A stretch of DNA of 64,000 nt from Eledone cirrhosa (taxonomy: Eukaryota). Shown piece by piece: positions 62,212-64,000 of this stretch (position 1 is its first letter; the number at the start of each line of letters is the position of its first letter). The stretch lies in NCBI GenBank assembly GCA_964016885.1, contig CAXHJY010001242.1, positions 33,273-97,272 of the forward strand, given 5' to 3'. The translations under genes were made by a program, and so were the position numbers. Under the pieces are notes generated by a model. The model was not told the DNA's origin, did no database searches, and saw only the letters and a list, made by a program, of their open reading frames with translations.

Positions 62212-63514
62212 TAGTACAAACACAAACTAACACTTATTAAGTATTTAAATATATATATATTGTTTACAGTATAATATAATAATAATATAATAAAGATAAA
62301 AATAAGAATAAAGATAGAAATAAAAATAAAATATAATATATAATTCCCTGTCAGTGTGCATGAATAATATAAAAACATTATAATAACATTACAATAACAA
62401 TATTATAATATATTGGCATCAAAAGATATACAAAATTACATCATACATATAATTCAAGGTTAACAAACAGTATACAGTTTTACACTGGGTTAGAAACCCC
62501 CCCCCCCCCCCCCAAAAAAAAACCATATAGAACTAAATTGTGTTGAAAAAATATCTATACCATTGTAACAAATACACGGAGGTCAAGTCATTTTACATTA
62601 GCTTAAATATTATCAAAATATCACGAAATATTACAAAATATAACCTCAAATAACAGACATATATTAAAATCAATAATACGATTACATAAAAATGATATGA
62701 TATAACAACGTTAATATCAAATAGCAAACAGAGTCTAAAGAAATACTTAATATATATATTTACGTGGTTGACATACACAGACATATATTAATGAAATTAC
62801 ATGGATCAGACACACAACGTGTAGTAGTAAAAAAAAAATATAAAATAAACATAAGAACGAAAAACAAAAACAAGTATATTTACTTAGGTGTCACAAGCGG
62901 TTAAGTAAAAGAAAAAATTATAGAAATCTAAAACGGAGAATTGACTAGAAAACCTTTTTAAATTAATTAATATTAAAAGTATTTAAAATACATATTTAGT
63001 CACTTCAAATTGGCTAGTGTTTAAGTCATCAAAATCGTATAAGTTTAAGATATCTCAATAACATGATCAAGAATAGAGTAAAATATGCTCCGTTCAGTCG
63101 AATAACGTTATCAAATAAAAGGACTCTAAATAGAACTATGGTAGACCAATGAGAACAGAAAGAAGAGAGGTTATGAAGGATAGGAAGGAGCATAAAAGTA
63201 AAATCAATATATTATATAATATCATAAAAAGGAGCATGAAGGTGAAATTTATATATAGTATAATAGAAGGGGCGGATATTAAGTGTGTAGAGGAGGAGGT
63301 TCATTAGTTGAATGAGACTCCAAACAAAGTATTTAATAAGATATAAACTCATAAGGTGTTAGTAGTGAAACTATAGTAATGCTTAAGAAGATAGATAGGG
63401 TATGGTAGCCAAAAGACTATGGAAACTAAAATCGAAAGCTGTAAAAAACTAATAATAATAATGATGATGGTAATCAAAAAGAACCTAAACAAAATAGATA
63501 AGGAAATATAGCAG

Positions 63515-63775
63515 CTAATGGATACGATTTAAACTACCAGAACTTTTACGTCTATAATAGAAGAAAGAATTAGAAATGGCATGGGGGCAGGAAGAAAATA
63601 TCTCGGACTTTCTATTAAGCAAAACTTCCCTAGAGAAAATTATAGAGTGCGTCTCTAGGATACAGAGATTACAGAATTTAGTGTGTGTTGATAGGTTATT
63701 AGAGCGTGCTACTATACGCCAATTAAGGCTATATGGCATACCAGCCCCTTTAAGATCCCAGATATGGTGTGCTAA
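63515..63775 (-). pseudogene. PLE GIY-YIG C-terminal fragment truncated at (TA)n
   Basis: LAHHIWDLK...LNWRIV...FCNLCILE...[14 protein letters not shown] aligns by eye with the end of the 43371 ORF. Confidence 0.85.
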
Positions 63776-63828
63776 ATATATATATATATACATATGTATA
63801 TATATATATATACATATATATACATAAG

Positions 63829-63875
<47 letters not shown>

Positions 63876-63910
63876 GTATATATATATGTATATATATATA
63901 TATACATATG

Positions 63911-63942
<32 letters not shown>

Positions 63943-64000
63943 CATATGTAATATATATATATATGTAAAGAGAAAAAGGGAATGAAAAAATCGAAAATGC

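Noticed and set aside
63026-63032. Minus-strand TTGATGA as the HHR of the 63.5-kb PLE
   Set aside because: No GAAA/helix III partner found downstream.

Overview
AT-rich, repeat-saturated eukaryotic (animal) DNA with no recognisable host gene. The very long (TA)n tracts and the SINE families suggest a mollusc, probably a cephalopod/octopus (inference only). Nearly all long ORFs in the track are translated (TA)n microsatellite. Real coding content is transposon-derived: two R4/Dong-like RLE LINEs, an RTE/BovB-like LINE and a Tx1-like 3' end piled into one (TTA)n tract (6.8-17.9 kb), CR1 3' ends, a fold-back mariner derivative, and four Penelope-like element (PLE) pieces, one of them young (42.9-45.6 kb). 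The main signal is non-coding. Reading both strands by eye I find about 26 type I hammerhead ribozyme (HHR) motifs, some degenerate, from roughly a dozen sequence families, almost all in short elements embedded in (TA)n. Two form head-to-tail arrays with one HHR per monomer (310 bp x ~6.8 at 46.5-48.6 kb; ~465 bp x ~4.6 at 49.9-52.1 kb), the architecture of non-LTR retrozymes / ribozyme-made circular RNAs, and they flank or sit beside PLE sequences that could mobilise them. A diverged 317-nt relative of the 310-mer shows compensatory base changes. Several HHRs have unusual features: a CCGANGA core, U.U or A.A at pair 10.1-11.1, long helix II inserts, and ten different palindromic helix III sequences. 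All folds were assigned manually; coordinates of element edges are approximate.
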